Source: Chrysomallon squamiferum (lineage: Eukaryota > Animalia > Mollusca). From it: a stretch of DNA of 64,000 nucleotides. Each line of letters opens with the position of its first letter. Position 1 is the stretch's first letter. Shown one piece after another: positions 1-14,979 of the stretch. The notes under the pieces are model-generated. The model ran no database searches and was not told the DNA's origin. It saw nothing but the letters and a program-made list of their open reading frames with translations. Location: positions 13,268,001-13,332,000 of the forward strand of contig CM022665.1 of NCBI GenBank assembly GCA_012295275.1, read 5' to 3'. Both the position numbers and the translations under genes were made by a program.

Positions 1-20
1 TAAAAAAGAAAATGAAAAGT

Positions 21-330
21 ACTTTTAAAAATATAGTTTATTCATGCAATATTGGTACATACTAAATTACATATATTAATATATAGCATCACTCAGCCAC
101 TTGGTTTTGTTTTACAAAGTTCAATATTATATCAGAGTTTAATATTACACGTATGTATATGTATGTATGTATGTATGTATGTGTATATGTATTTATAAGT
201 GTGTATATGTGTAATATTAAACTGATATAATACTGTACTTTGTTAAGCAAAACCAAGTGGGTGAGTGATGCTATATATTAATATACATGTATGTAACAAT
301 ATTGCATGAATAAACAGTATTTTTAAAAGT
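21..330. repeat. Long imperfect inverted repeat (arms about 21-150 and 209-330) around a (GTAT)n microsatellite
   Basis: Arms are reverse complements, e.g. TATATAGCATCACTCAGCCACTTGGTTTTG versus CAAAACCAAGTGGGTGAGTGATGCTATATA, and ACTTTTAAAAATA versus TATTTTTAAAAGT. Confidence 0.9.
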
Positions 331-378
331 AACATTTAATTTTTTTTATCAAAGCAACTATACAGAAAAAATAAATAA

Positions 379-473
379 GGTGCCATTTTTTCCAAATCTG
401 CACAGTGCCATTTCTTCCAGGTGTCATTTTTTCCAAGTGTCATTTTTTCTGGTGCCGTTTTTTCCGTACCCCC
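379..473. mobile_element. Tandem array of about 15-16 bp GTGYCRTTTTTTCC units ending GTACCCCC; probable structured terminus of a DNA transposon (Mutator/Phantom-like)
   Basis: Five degenerate units are directly visible. The superfamily is inferred from the repeat-structured end; the other end is not seen. Confidence 0.5.
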
Positions 474-2330
474 ATAAAAACACAGAGTAATTTATACAAA
501 CAGAAACTGAAATGACAATGTATTTACTTACAATACCATAAATTTATTATTTTTTATAATTATGATTATTATTTCATTAGTTTCATTATTATTTTTATAT
601 TTTTCCTGCATCATGAAGTAAATAAAAACTTTACTGATTCTGTAACAACATACAGAAATTAAAACCCTAACATGAGATCAAACATACAGAACACTATTCT
701 CTTTAATAATTTCTAAGTCATTTGTTGTTGCCTTTTTCTGTTTAAGGAAAAAGTAACCTGAGAAAACAAAAGTCAAAACCTGAAGGTTAAAACAAAAGCT
801 GAAGTAAATAATTAAAAATATATATAATTATTTTTTCTTTCAATCGACATCCAACTGCTAGTAATTTGACATAATTTTGTATGTGTGGGTATATATGTAT
901 ACACCTGTGAACATAAATATATATATATGTTAAATAATATGTGGCTGTATGACTGTACTGGTTAAATGTGTATTATGGCATGTTATTTGGCTACAATATT
1001 TTTAAAAAATCCACAAAAACTGCTTCATCAGCTTTTCAGAATTCTGGAAAATATTCTTTAATCAATATGTCAAAAGGCCAGTGGTTTTATTTTTGTTAAG
1101 TGCACAGGTTTATTTCTGTATCCTTTTAACAACATAAACATTTGGAAATCAGCCTGTTTTCCTAGACCAACAAGCCAATTCTGTGAGCAGATTTTCATAC
1201 AGCTTGAGAGGTAACAAGTTCATTTGTATAAGAAATCTATGAAAGATCAATCAGATATGCCACAAGCACCAGCATAATGTCCCCTATTTATGACCTGCCC
1301 CACACTGAGCAATTACTTTGTTTTTGTGATGTAGGAAGAATAAACATTCAGATAGTAAAGTATTAAATACCATGAAATCAATATTGGCATTCTATAACAG
1401 ACTTACTGCAGCAACACTCCTCTGCTAGTTAATTTCCATATTTAATAATTAAAGCAGGTTTATTGAAATCTCCGTATGGTTGTAATAAACAATGTGAAAG
1501 TTCTATGTATAGGAGGCGTGTCATAAAGATTTTCAAATTACAATATGTGTTCTAATTCACTGTAAAACACCCACAGGACTTTACAAGAGGATAATTTCTA
1601 TAAGCGACTAGAAAGATAAAACTGAAATAAAATCTCTTCAGTATTCTACTACTGATCATTTTAAACCACACAAAATGTTAAGCCATGCTAAAATGTACTG
1701 AATAAAACAATGTAGTTCATTTATTTCTATTTTCTACATTATTAAGCAAATCTTTTCACGCTATGCAACATATTTAAAAAAAAACAACAGTACATTAATA
1801 ATGACATACTTGTTTAACATGGGGTAAACAACATTTTCTATGAATGGTGGTTATAAATGGTTAACAGATGTTATCAAACAGTGTTTTAAAAATAATAATT
1901 ATAATAAATAAATATAATAAAAAAGAGATGCAATAATATTTCCTGAATGTGAATATATGTGTATTATTATTGCAATTATAAATTACTAAAAAAAAAAAAA
2001 ATCCAATAATAATAATAATAACAACAGTAACAATGATTTAACAGTATCAATTAATAAATAAAATTATATAACAACAATAATAATTAATATATTTTTTTAA
2101 TAAATTTTTAATTTTTCAAAATAACAAAAAAAGAAAAGAATAAACAATTAGACTATTTAAAAAATAAAAAGATTAATAGGAAGGAAAATAACAACACTGA
2201 TAATAACAAATTTTTTTTTTTTTTTTTTAAAACGACAGTAATAACAAAAGAAAAAAAAACAAACCCCAAAAAACAACAAACCATCATCTATAAAAACAAA
2301 CTAAAAAACCAAAATAATCCTCATACCAAC

Positions 2331-2610
2331 CTGGATAAATTTTTGTAAATACAAATGTTTCATCAAAAACAGGAGATTCACCAGTTTTGACCTTGGTTTT
2401 AAATTTCTGTTTCTTGGTAGGAAGGAGCATCAGTCGGAGCTGAATGTTGCTGGCTCCTCCACGATCCTTAGAAGGAATTTCTTTAGCTTGATGTACTGTG
2501 ATTTCCATTCGTCCTTTAGAAGAATCATAACTGAAGCTGACCTCAATACTTCCACATTTAGAGATGAGTGGAGGCTCAGTCTGTAGATCACTCACATCAA
2601 AAAGATGTTC
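2331..2610 (-). CDS. SYT14: Synaptotagmin-14/16 family, C2A exon (gene continues left of the window)
   Basis: ttcag|GAA CAT acceptor (phase 0), CCA G|gttggt donor; EHLFDVSDLQTEPPLISKCGSIEVSFSYD...KKQKFKTKVKTGESPVFDETFVF is a C2 fold with polybasic strand and without the usual Ca-binding Asp set, as in Syt14/16. Confidence 0.9.
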
Positions 2611-5447
2611 CTGAATATGAATTAAAAAAATAAATAAACAAATGTTTTAATGATAACCCCAAAATGAATGAATATTTACTAATAACATAAATATATAAAC
2701 AGGTTATTGGACAGAAGGTTTTTTTTAATGATGTTGTGTGTTTTATAATTTGCAACCTGAGAAGGAAATGTATATGCCAAATCTGAGAAATGGTATATGT
2801 ACAACATGAAAAGCAACCTGGAATTCCATTCTGAAGAAACAATTCTGTTTTGCGCTGTTTAAATGATTTATATTAGTATGTACTAATCCTATATGATTTC
2901 AGTTTTTACTAACACCATTCTACTCAGGAAAATAGTCACAGAAGAATTAACAATGCCTTACAAACAGTATATTGATTTCTCAAACAAAAAAAACACAAAA
3001 AAAAAAAAAAAAAAAGAGAAAAACAAAATCAATACTTGAAAGAATTACCTATCATATGGTAAAAAAAGTAAAATTTATTTTACCTTTATATGCTTTAACA
3101 GCACTAATTTTAAATTACAATATAGCTTACTGAAGTTGAAAAGGTTAAAGTTTAAGTATTTTATTTCAAAGTATTTGCATACTTGATCATTTGGAGATAA
3201 ATGTTTGCATAACTTAGATACAATTTAATCTGAGTAATTAAATCTAACATGGGAGAAAATAATACAAAATTTAAACTGTAATAATTATTTAAAAATGAAA
3301 TTAATATACAACTATTAGCATTAATAATCAATAATTAAAAAATCAATATTTAGCTGCATATTAAAAACCTTAAATTACCAATTCATTTTTATTAAATCAT
3401 ACAAATATATCTGTATCAGAACTGATCTAGTCAAATAATGATATTAATATTAATAAAACAATTTTCCAACATTTGAAGAGTTAAATGTAAAATTGCTTGA
3501 ACTTCAACTGCTAAAAGAATTTCTAAAAGAAAATATTTTCTTTTAGAATTTGTCTCTTTCAGCTTTTTGTTTAATGCAGAACAGATTCATGTTTCTGAAT
3601 GTGACAAGAAAAACACACAGCCTGAATATTAAAGATTTTGTCAACGCCAAAGTCACAATAACCAACAATAATTATGCTTAATGCAATGTTCATGAACATG
3701 GTATAAGAAAAACATTATTTGAGGATTAACCATTTGGGCCAAGCTTGGTCACTGTGCCAGGTAGTTATAGTCTTGGGTAAAACAGAAGTCTACCATTATC
3801 AGTGTTTAATTTCAAAGTTCATGAAAATGGAATGAGAAGAACATAATTTGGGAATTTAAGTTTAGGATAAAGCCAAGGTCTACCATTATCAATTTGCTTA
3901 TAATTCATGATCAAAGTACTGGGCTCACTGTGTCTAATATCACTACAACTGCAACATCTGGCTGCTTAAATTTGATTTAGGAAGTCAAAACCTTTAGGCT
4001 AATATTGTTAAGGTCAGATCCTGTCTTGATAAAAAAACAAAATAATAAAACATTTTTTTTTTTAAATATTGAACAAAATTGACAAATGTTTTGTGGCAAA
4101 TGCTTTTAATGTTTTATCATTCTTAGTTTTAGAGAAAACTGTTATTGTTAAAAATGACATCCAAAGCCACTATTTTGCATTTAAATTCGCTTACATAAGC
4201 AGAAAAGTACAGTGCTTACATATTATAACCAACATATATTTTATTAATTTATTGCTTCTACATTTAACCAAATTGTAACTGTTGGTTGACTATAAATAAA
4301 AATTAATTTTAAATTTGCATACTAAGGGTTAGTTCATGATAACTGTAGTTATTATGAAAAAAAGATATGAATAAATAAATAAATGCAAAATTGCTGATAA
4401 CAGCTAAAATGTTTTGGTTCAATATGTTTTAAACGTATGGCAAAAGAAATGGAACTTTCTGATTGTCTTTGGAATTAATTATTATTCTGAGGTCTAAATT
4501 CAGTTTTAATTACTGACAGTAATAGGTACATTAAACACAAACAATAATAATGTTCTACTGACTAAGTTAATAATTGAATGGCCTTTGACCTGTTCTTTTT
4601 AATTTATAATTTATTGCTTCCATGTCAGTGCATTAAGAAAACAATATGATGGACAATGGATGCACATTAACATGTTTATATCCAAATTAAAGGCAAAAGA
4701 ATAACTGTCATTTGGGTACCAATGTCATGATACAATTTACCTCTCTTTCTAAAACAAAATTACATATAATAAAAACCCCTTATCCTATCAAACTTAGTAC
4801 ACAGCACTAAACAGAACTTGCTTTTCAACAGGAATTCAGTGCTCTGTACCACAGCTAATGGAAACAAATGTTCTTAAATGATTTATCCATTGATTATATG
4901 TTAGATAAAATGGATGTTCTTTCTTGTGCCTTTTCTTATTTCCTTTCATTTCCACAAAGATCACCATTGTAATAAATAATCCAGCTGCTATAAATTGGTC
5001 TACAAATACTGGTAAACGAACATGGTTTACACAGATCTCAGAGATCACTTGACAGCTTTTACAGTACTGCTTTTAATATCTCTATTTGATAAATGATAGC
5101 AATGCGATCAATACAGCAAATGTAACAATAAATTTATGGTTCATGACAAACTAACTAAAATCTTTGTCAGTAAAGATATTTTAAAATATTACAAAATATT
5201 TAAGATCTAAGACAATTTTTTCTAATTTATAAACTGTTTCTGGCCAAGTGATACACAGACACAAATACACACAAGAAATAGTATAGACATGAAAACATTC
5301 CAAACATGGAAAAACTCTTACAAATTGTTAAAATTTATTAAACAAAAGGTGTGCTCTAACAATGTTTAATAATGTTGTGCTTGTATTTTCCTTTAATATA
5401 ATGGTAAAGCTTAAAATTTACTTTTTTTCAATTTTAATTGAGTTTAA

Positions 5448-5480
<33 letters not shown>

Positions 5481-5766
5481 GTTATTATTGTTATCTTATT
5501 TATTTATTTATTTATTATTTATTATTTTTTAACAACCTGCATTCATAAAATAAAAAACAGAAAAAACCTTTTACAAAAAAACTTGTTTATAGTCCACATT
5601 GCTACATAATAGTTACCCATTTATAAATTTGAAATGTACACACAGATATGTTTTTATTCAGAAAAAGGATAGTTAACTCTATTTAAAGCCTTGTATACTT
5701 AAATCATAATACTGATGTTTATTTGACTTGAAACCTCGTTAATGTTTAAGAAGTTGTATTACTTAC

Positions 5767-6038
5767 ATCACTGGACATTTTGGTGGTTCCTGTACCAGAT
5801 AAGTTTTCAGTACTTTCGTCAGGTGAGCCTGCAGAAGCTGAAACTGTCACTTCTCCTGCTGCAGCTTGTTCTTCCAGAAAAGCCTTGTTCTCGTATGTAC
5901 CAGGATCATCAAGTTCTACAAGTGGACTAGATTCTCTTTTATCATCTTCCACAGCACCATTGTGATCATCAACACTCTCGTTTGGACTGGCAGCACCTAT
6001 CATGTGTTCACCTCTTTCATCCACATTTTGTAAATTGT
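5767..6038 (-). CDS. SYT14: Synaptotagmin-14 acidic linker exon
   Basis: catacag|AC AAT acceptor (phase 1), AGT GAT|gtaagt donor (phase 0); open frame whose phases match both neighbouring exons. Confidence 0.85.
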
Positions 6039-6930
6039 CTGTATGGAAGATAAAAAAAAGAACAATACTGGATCACAGTTCCACTCCTACTGGCACAGTT
6101 TAACAAATGATTTCAGTGAGGTTTTGATTTGTTAAGCTTTTAAAGTTTATTATCTCTAACTATATGTTCATTTTCACCAGAATGCTAAATGTCAATAATG
6201 TTGAACAAAGCCAAAAGGAAAATGCACCACCATATTATATCTGCATCAATATGCAAATAGGATACCAAATATTCTGTTAAATGTATCATATATCATTCCC
6301 AGTTCATTTGCTTGTAACTTCTGGTTTGTAAAGTATTTCCCAACTATATCGACAAATGATCTGAGAAAAAAATTTTTGAGGGCTTAATAATTTGATTAAC
6401 TAATTAACACTAGGATTAATGTTAAATTAAACATTAAAAATTCATAGAAAACAAGAAGGTCAAGTTGTCCATGGTAAATTATTTATGTGTCTAGAACACA
6501 CTGAATCTGGAGAAATATTCATCATTTCCTAGGAGAATTAATGCAAATTTTAATTTTCACAATTTGGGAGATATGCAAATTTCAACTTCTTTTCTTTTTT
6601 CCCTTCTTCCTCTATATTTCCTTTTTTTTGTGTATGTCCAAATCAAATTCAGTTCCTGCATAACAATAAATGACTTTAGCCTTTTTTCATGCAAGTGACT
6701 ATGGAACAGTTAAATATTTCTATCAATAATAAATGAAATATGAAAGAGGAATCATGTGTGAATGAAATATTTAAAGCCTAAATTGGTATGAAAATGGATA
6801 ATATTATAAAAATCAGACAATGTAAATGTGGCTTTAACAACACTGATTATGTTTATAAACAAAATTTCTTTTTCTGTCCTCAAATATAAAACAGAATACA
6901 GAAATTTTTGTATAGTTTCAAGTTTCAACA

Positions 6931-7160
6931 ATGAATTTATTTAACAACACTTGGCATATTACAATATTAGGAATAATTTATAATGTTTCAAAGGTGTTAG
7001 AAATCATTGAGACTCACAGAAAATTATTCTTATTTATTTCCAACAAGGGATCTTTTATACGTACTTAGACAGGAAAGCATTTGCCACAACATTCAATATA
7101 TTTGTTAGGGATACTGATGGAACTGGAATTAACCCAATGTGGAAGATTGATCCTGCAACC
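6931..7160 (-). mobile_element. Degenerate SINE-like interspersed repeat
   Basis: Shares ordered motifs (ATGAAT-TTTATTTAA-AACACTT ... AAGGGATCTTTTATA ...) with 40266-40508; resembles a gastropod SINE recalled from memory. Confidence 0.5.
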
Positions 7161-9468
7161 ATTATTTGTCAGTTAAGAGTTATAATACTAATGTATTAGT
7201 CAATATTATTATTTATCATTCTTAAGGAACAAAATGTATCATTTCAAAATAAAACTGGCAGTGCAAAAAAAAAAGGCATTAATTCTTGTAAAAACAACAA
7301 ATTAAAGATGATAGTTAAATACCTCATGATGTGGAAATTATGGAATTAACAACAAGTAATAAGACTTCACTATTCTTCTGAACTGCAGTAATTATTACAT
7401 AACAGAATAAACAAAACATACATTTTATATGCAACAGTGAGAATAAAATAGATTCAACAAATATAATATTAGACAGCATATACATTTTTCATTGTGTGGT
7501 TTCTAGTTAAGAAACTCTATAATTTACTGATAATGCTTTTTATGTAAAGAGTTATGATAAGAAGTATTTGGAACTGACAAGACCCATTCTACCTTTTCTG
7601 TTGTATATTTGTTTTTTGGTTTATAACTGTAATATCTGAATTATTCTTTAGTTTTCTTTTCTTTTTTTTTTTTTTCTTTTTCTTTCTAATATATACATTT
7701 TTTCACATTTTTTTTTAATGTTTTCATTCTTTTCTTCATTTTAAATTTTCTTTTCTTTTCTTTTTTTAAATCAACCATACATTTCATGAACTAAAATAAA
7801 TTCTTCTTCTGAATATCTAACAATAAAAAATTTGGAATAAATTTTGCTTATTTCCAGTCAACTGTTAAAGCTACTGGTTTACCAGTGGTATAAGTTGAAA
7901 TGCACATGTTTAGCATTGTGTGTCCTTATTGTATTTGGATATAATCTTATACACAAAATTGTTCTAATAAGTATTAACTACAGTTCAGTTACTCCATCTA
8001 AGCAATTGTCATGAAGTTAATACATCTGTGAAAGAAACAAACATATTTTGTCAATTTATTAGGAATGAGATTATTAATTTTCCAAACAAATTCGTTTTAT
8101 GATGATTTTATCCAGATAACTGATAAAAACAACCATGAATTTACTCTCTTAATGCAATATGCATTTAGTGTGTCACTTATCTATATGTTTTTCTTAAGAT
8201 ATGTTGATATCATTTCATTTCTATATTTATTATAAACAGGTTGAAACATTCAGCAAAAAGGCATCATCTTAAGTTGTCACTGGAGGATGAAATTAAAAAA
8301 TATGAACTTCACCCAATCCAACATTAAATGATTTACTTGGACTGGGAAATCAACTAAATCTGACATACACAAGGAAAGGAACATAAATCTGATTATAAAA
8401 ATAATGTGAATGGATGCCAATATAAGTTTAATAAATAAGATGTAAATTTGACGGCTCAGTGAACTGAACTGGAATGGTCTGTCAAGCTCACACGAAAAAA
8501 ACATTCTTGTTAGTGATCCAAAAATTGTAAAGAAACCAAGTGCATTTACAAAGGAATTGTCAGTTAAAGTTTTTAAAAGATCCAACAGTTAGATATCAAA
8601 CACCAACACACACACTGCTAGTCTCATATAAATGTGTGTGTGCGTGTGTGTGAGACTAGCAAAAATGTTTTAATAAAACAGAAACATAATAACAAACAAA
8701 AACACAACAACTGTCTGAAATTCCTGTCAGAGTTAACAAAGCATTATTTTTTTCAATCTCATATATCTAATTCTCAGAGTTATGTTAATTTTGAAATTAA
8801 CAAATATAATTAAATTTCCATGTTGCATCCACTAACTGCAAAGATGGTCAACATTTTGTGACATAATCCTTCTTTAAAAACCTCTGACAAAGTGACCACT
8901 GGGAAATTGATTTCTACTTTCAGACCAAGGTCTCCAAGGAATGATATTTTCAGTCGGCTGTAAACTGCTAAAGACAATTTAAGATCAACCAATGGCTACT
9001 ATTATTGACCAGATTCGTATGAAAACAACTTCAGTGTACTGGAGAGGAATGATAATAGCAAATTGCCCAGTGGGTAAACTAAGGATGTTTAATCTTGGAA
9101 GCTATCACACTCGCAGGAAAGATATACACAATAAATGAAGTTTATAAAAGTATTCTAAAGTAGGTTCAGATATAGAATAACAGACTTTTTCTACTTCTTT
9201 TTTTCAAGAAAAATTATTAGTGTAAAAGAAAACGTAATTTGAGGAAGGTTATTTTATCATTCTTGTCATGTGGCAGGATGCCTCACTGTTCTATAAAGTG
9301 AGTCTAATCTTCTGAAAAAAAACTTGTATTTACCACATGACAAAGTGAATCTTGCCATCTAACAATAGGATTTTTTTCATCTTTCAAAATAAATCCTACC
9401 ATATAACAAAATTATTGTTATCATTTAACTAATGTGATTTTTTTTAAATCTGTAAAAGCAGTTATTAC

Positions 9469-9612
9469 CATCAGACAAAGTCATCACTTTTGGACTTCTG
9501 CGACTCTTGGAACTCTTGCTGCGTACACTGCCTTTGAGTGATGCTTGGTAGTGACGCTGCATTTCATCATCAGAATCACTTGAAGTCTCGTCATCATACT
9601 GGTAGGCAGCAC
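9469..9612 (-). CDS. SYT14: Synaptotagmin-14 exon common to all proposed isoforms (juxtamembrane acidic/Ser patch)
   Basis: tttcag|GT GCT acceptor and GAT G|gtaata donor, both phase 1; ETSSDSDDEMQRHYQASL resembles vertebrate SYT14 SSSESEDEALGKYHEAL. Confidence 0.88.
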
Positions 9613-12600
9613 CTGAAATAGTAAATAAAACAAATTTAAAGCAGAAATTCACATCATAACGTTAGATTAAAAAGATACAGGGATATTAAGTTATTCTGTG
9701 ATTATAAAGATAAGGATTTTACAATTTATATTAAATCAACATACTGTTACGATTTGTATTTAACATCATGGATATACAAACCACAAACAAATTTAAACGT
9801 TGTTGCTGAAGATAGTACATGTATTAGATTCATCACCATGTATGTAATAAATTAAAGGAAAAGACTGTTTTAGCTGTCTAAATCTTCTGTTAGGCATGCC
9901 CCAAAATAAGTAATCTAAAATCTGTTAACATTTCCAGTGTCCACTAAAACAGGTTAGAGATATGTAGTGACAAGAATACATTACAGAAATATTAATGTCA
10001 ATTTAGCATCCTTTGAAAGTAATAAGCTCAAGCTGCTTTAACTTTCTGCTTGAAGTCAAAATTAAAATAAAATCCCCCTTCCACACACCTACCAAAAAAA
10101 ACCCAAACAACAACAACAAAACATACAAACATAAATTTGCTCAAAACATTTCAACTTTATACAGAATTCATAAACAGAAAAGCCTGACAATAAACAGATG
10201 TGTATAATGGATTTGTTTTATTATTTAATGGAAACTTAAAATAAATGATGTTACAACCATACTGAATGTTACATTTATTTTTCTTTAAACAACTAAACCA
10301 TTAACACATGCAAAAAAAAAAAAAAAAGAGGAAGAAGAAGAACAAAAAAAAAAATTCTGTAAATAAACATTGAAAAGATATTTACAATAACATATTTGTA
10401 TTTTTATTATTGGGATCAAAATGAAGGTGCTAATTCCACTAAAGTCAGTAACTGGTTATGTAAATGACAGAAGTTAAACAAATAAAAACATAAATAATGA
10501 CTGGAGGCAATATTGTTAAATGTTTAATCCAGTGATGTAACAGATTTGTTACATAATTTATGAGTAATCAACAAAACACTTTGGGGTATTGATCTCAAAG
10601 GATAGTTTGTCCTAGTTTCACATAAACAGAACAGAACAATGTTTTCCACACAGTGAGGTTAGGTGTAGCCAGAAATCAATAGTGGTTTACCATCAACCAC
10701 TTTTTGTAAGGAATGTTCTATGACATGCTATGCCAGGCTGATGCATTATTACTGACAGTAAGCGATCAGAATTACTCTGGAATTTTTTTTTCAAAAATTA
10801 TACTTTATAGCAATTGTCTCACAATACTTGACAGAAATAAAAGGTGGGCTGCAGATTAAAGGTAATCTTCATGTCAAAAAAGCAATGAGTTACAGAACCT
10901 TTGAGCTTCATTTTTATAACTAATAAGTCAAAGGCTGTGATGTATAATTATTTTCTTTTCTATAAGTCACAATCTATAAAAAATTAATTATTGTAATACT
11001 GGTAGTAGTGTGTTTTCATCTCATTAGCAGCTAAACAACTGAAAGGTAATAAGAATATACTAAAGTATCTCTAAAATATCATTCAAATCTAGTGAATAAA
11101 TCTCCAGCTAATATTATGTGGTTAGGAGCAAAGTATATTTTGTATGTATTTTCCAATAATCAGAAGAAAGCATACCATAGCACTGGTAATTGAAATAAAT
11201 CAAACTAAGATATCATGACTATACCAAAAATGACAGAAAATGATTCTACTATCTAATAGCAATTAACAGACAGCACTTTAAAAAAATCAAATTGAATTCT
11301 TTCATTTAAATTGATGAAGGTCATGTAATTTTTATAAACAGATCAGAAATATCACAAAAGTGGAGGTCTTAGCATTGATTTCTGTTATCTCTTTCCACCT
11401 ATTAGCACCCAATTAATGGGTTTTATTGCTCTGTGTCTGCTGTCATTTACCAAGCTTGATTACTTCTCTTATTGTGAAGAGTGAAAATGAAAGGCAAATG
11501 TTAGATGATCATCTCGGCAGTCCATAAACGGTTTTCTTCAGAGTGAATGAATCCAAATAAGACGGAAACCGTATTTTACCCTACAACAAGTATGTGTTTG
11601 ACTTGCTGCCTCAAAGTCAATTCAATGACACTTCTGGGTGTTCATCTTGTGAAAATACAAACAGCTAAATATGAAGTAAACGTGATGAATTTGAACTAAA
11701 TGTCCTTCAGCAAAATTCACCATTAAGGAAAGGACATGGAAAATAGTAGGAGAGCTAAAAATCAATGTATTTTTGTCTTCAGGAACTAAACAAAAACAGA
11801 AATAAATATTACTGATTTAGAAAAATGTAGATACATTTACCACTTACATTTTTATTACTTCTTTCCTCTTTTCTTTCTTTCTTTAATTATTTATGATTTA
11901 TTTATCAGTTTATTCATTTATTTCTTAATTATTATATTTTCTGTTGTTTAATTTAATTTAATGCTTAAAAAAATTCCAAGAACTGTAGTAAATTAGTTAT
12001 TTGAAGTTGCATAGAGATATGCATGCTTCAAATTAAAGGTGCAATTAGAAATCATCTATAAAGTAGACCTATGTATTTTCATGGTTAGGATGTGCAATAT
12101 GTATTAAAAATACTAACAATATTGTGAGAGAAGAGAGCATCAGTAAATTGAGATAACAACTATAGCAATGTCATGAATCCAAGTCATAGTTTCTAACAGT
12201 GTCTGATTAACATTATTATATAATGTAATGAAAAAGAATAATGATAAAATACAGAAATGTAATATATAGCTGAATGATTGTGGAATTCCTTGCACTGAGT
12301 ACATCCACTTTACAGATAAGTGACTTTACTGCTCAAGATAATAAGAAAATATCAATTCTTTAAAACACAATCAGTACGCATTTCAGTTACAATTTAGTCT
12401 ATATTTAAATATGAAATCAAAATTAGATTCTAAATAAATGTATCAAAAACAAAAATAGCTCTGTATATTTCTTTGAGCAAATTTATGTGACTATTAGATA
12501 AGGAATCAATACAATATTTCTTTAAAAATAAATAAGTAAACCTAGCAAAAAGCTTTTTAGATTTGTAATAAATAATTCAGTGCAAACAAAAAATAAATCT

Positions 12601-14887
12601 TCATATCAAGTGATAGCTTTGGATATTTGGGATTAATTTATTTAATGAAATATTCAAGTTACAAACAAAAACAATATATATATTTTTTAAATTATAATTA
12701 ACTAGTGTGTAAATGTATCAAAATCTTTTATCATATATTCATAATATTCTCATTTGTTTTTATATATCATAGTTATAAAAAAATATGTGTTCAATGTTGA
12801 AAAATTTATATATCATTACTTGATTTGCAGTAATGTATGAAGCATTGTAGAAAATAGATATCTCTTTAGAGACTAAATAATTTTAACACAAATCTTGACA
12901 AATAACATTTAACTATTATGTCATGAATAAAAATGTTATTACATCTCAAATTAAAATTCTGAATGTAACCCAAGTTCAGGCATATTGATTATTAATTTTT
13001 CTAATTTGATACTAAAAAAATTATGATTTCATTGACTATATATTTGTTTATATTATTAATTTATTTTTATTTTTTATTTATTTATTTTTTTGTTACATAT
13101 TAGATAAATATAAGCATAGTGACATATACATACAGTTGTTCAAAGCAAACACCTTGTTTACATAAGTCAAATAAAACAAATAAAAAATGCAAACAATTTA
13201 TCTAAAATGACCGATAGCTGTAAAAAGCAAAATGCCATTATTATTGATATTACTAAACATATGTTCATTTTTATGAACAATGTCTGACAGCAAAAATTGT
13301 ATGACTTCTCATTTTCATTCAGAACTTTTGGACAGCTGCCCATAGATACATATTATGTTCATTTAGATGTTATTAAACCTGAAGCATATCCAGAGTTGTG
13401 TGATGAAAAAAAAAAAAAAAAAGTTATGCATGTGCCTTTGCTGATAATCAACAAAAACAAAAAATACAACAAGCCCATATATAAGACGAATCCTGCTACT
13501 TTCTTTTGACTTTATAATTTTATATCTGACAAAGAATTGTTTAAAATAAAACCAAGAACATCAATCAAAAATGACATACTAATACATATGACACTGATGA
13601 TTTAAAGGAACAGGAAAGAATGAGTAAAATCATTAGCCCAGCTGTCAGTCCTGTCAGTACAAAACAATGATACACAGAAAGAAAAAAAATTGAATGTACA
13701 TAAAATAATTTAATTTGTACTATTTGTTAATAGCACCTCAGGTATTCTTTAATAACTATTATCATTACTGTTTCCTTTTATAATGAATGCATTCGTGACA
13801 AAGATGACTGAACCTTAAGCTGCTAAATAGCAATTATGATTGCCATTACCATATCTGGCTATACTCAACTAGGATCTGATGCATCTATTATGGTCTTAAA
13901 AGTGGGTTTCATCTGTGACAGTTGTATTATGACCTTAAAGCCTTACAGTTGCATTTAACAACCAATACTGAAACAAAGTTTTATCACCAATGGATAGATG
14001 AATCTACATTAAGCTAATGGCTGTACAAATCATCTAACATCTGTCAAATTTTAAAATATTTAATTTCACTGTTTTTACTATAATTATCTCACTTTAAGAG
14101 TATAAATTATATTTATGCATATATGTGACATGTACAAGTATTAGAAAATGGTTTTGAAGTTAATATCTGCCACAGAAAAACAATTAACATCAATCACTTT
14201 CTTTTAAAAGAAGAAAAAATATATACATTAATGTATTGAAAAATAATTTCAGTTTAGTTGCACTTTACCATAATCAAATAATGTAATATGGGGTACTTTC
14301 AGATACAGGGCAAACATACATCAACAAATTTTATTAATATATGTCTAAATTTCAGCCCATATCATAATTCTATTTTTCAAATAAAAACAACAAAAATATT
14401 ACATGGCTATTTTACTTTTGATTTTAATTTCAAAATAATACTTTTTTTCCCATCTCCTTTATTATATATTTGCAATAATGTTTCATGACAAGTATAAAAA
14501 GCCTTAAAAAATATACACACACACTCATTACATTTATTAAATAATTTTCCATGGTTTTTACCATTATTATTAGTAGTAGTAACAGCCTAAAGCTATGTTG
14601 CTCTACAGAAAACACTGATCTACTTTAATCAATATTAGAATGTTTTTCTTCTCAAAGCTGTACTAAACCTCTGTGTTTTAAAAACTGACAGGAAGTTTAT
14701 TTATGTGAGCTGATTTGTCCTGGAGCAGCTGTTTGTCAGCAAAAATATTTAGTCTTGTATTTAAGGAGCTTTCTTCATATGACTCACTAACTTTTTACTT
14801 CTTTTAATTTTTTTTTTTAAAGAAATATTAAAAGAAAAAATTTAGAAAAAGGTTTAAAAATGAAATTAAATAAATAAAAATAAAATA

Positions 14888-14918
<31 letters not shown>

Positions 14919-14934
14919 AATAAAATAAATAAAA

Positions 14935-14979
<45 letters not shown>

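Noticed and set aside
1404-1502. Exon-like unit with ag acceptor and gtaagt donor as the next SYT14 exon
   Set aside because: The phase-1 frame hits TAA and does not encode the expected rest of the C2A domain; later exons must lie left of the window.
5742-5965. Plus-strand ORFs over the SYT14 linker exon (also 19662-19901, 26994-27179, 43930-44343, 47298-47513)
   Set aside because: Antisense shadows of real exons.
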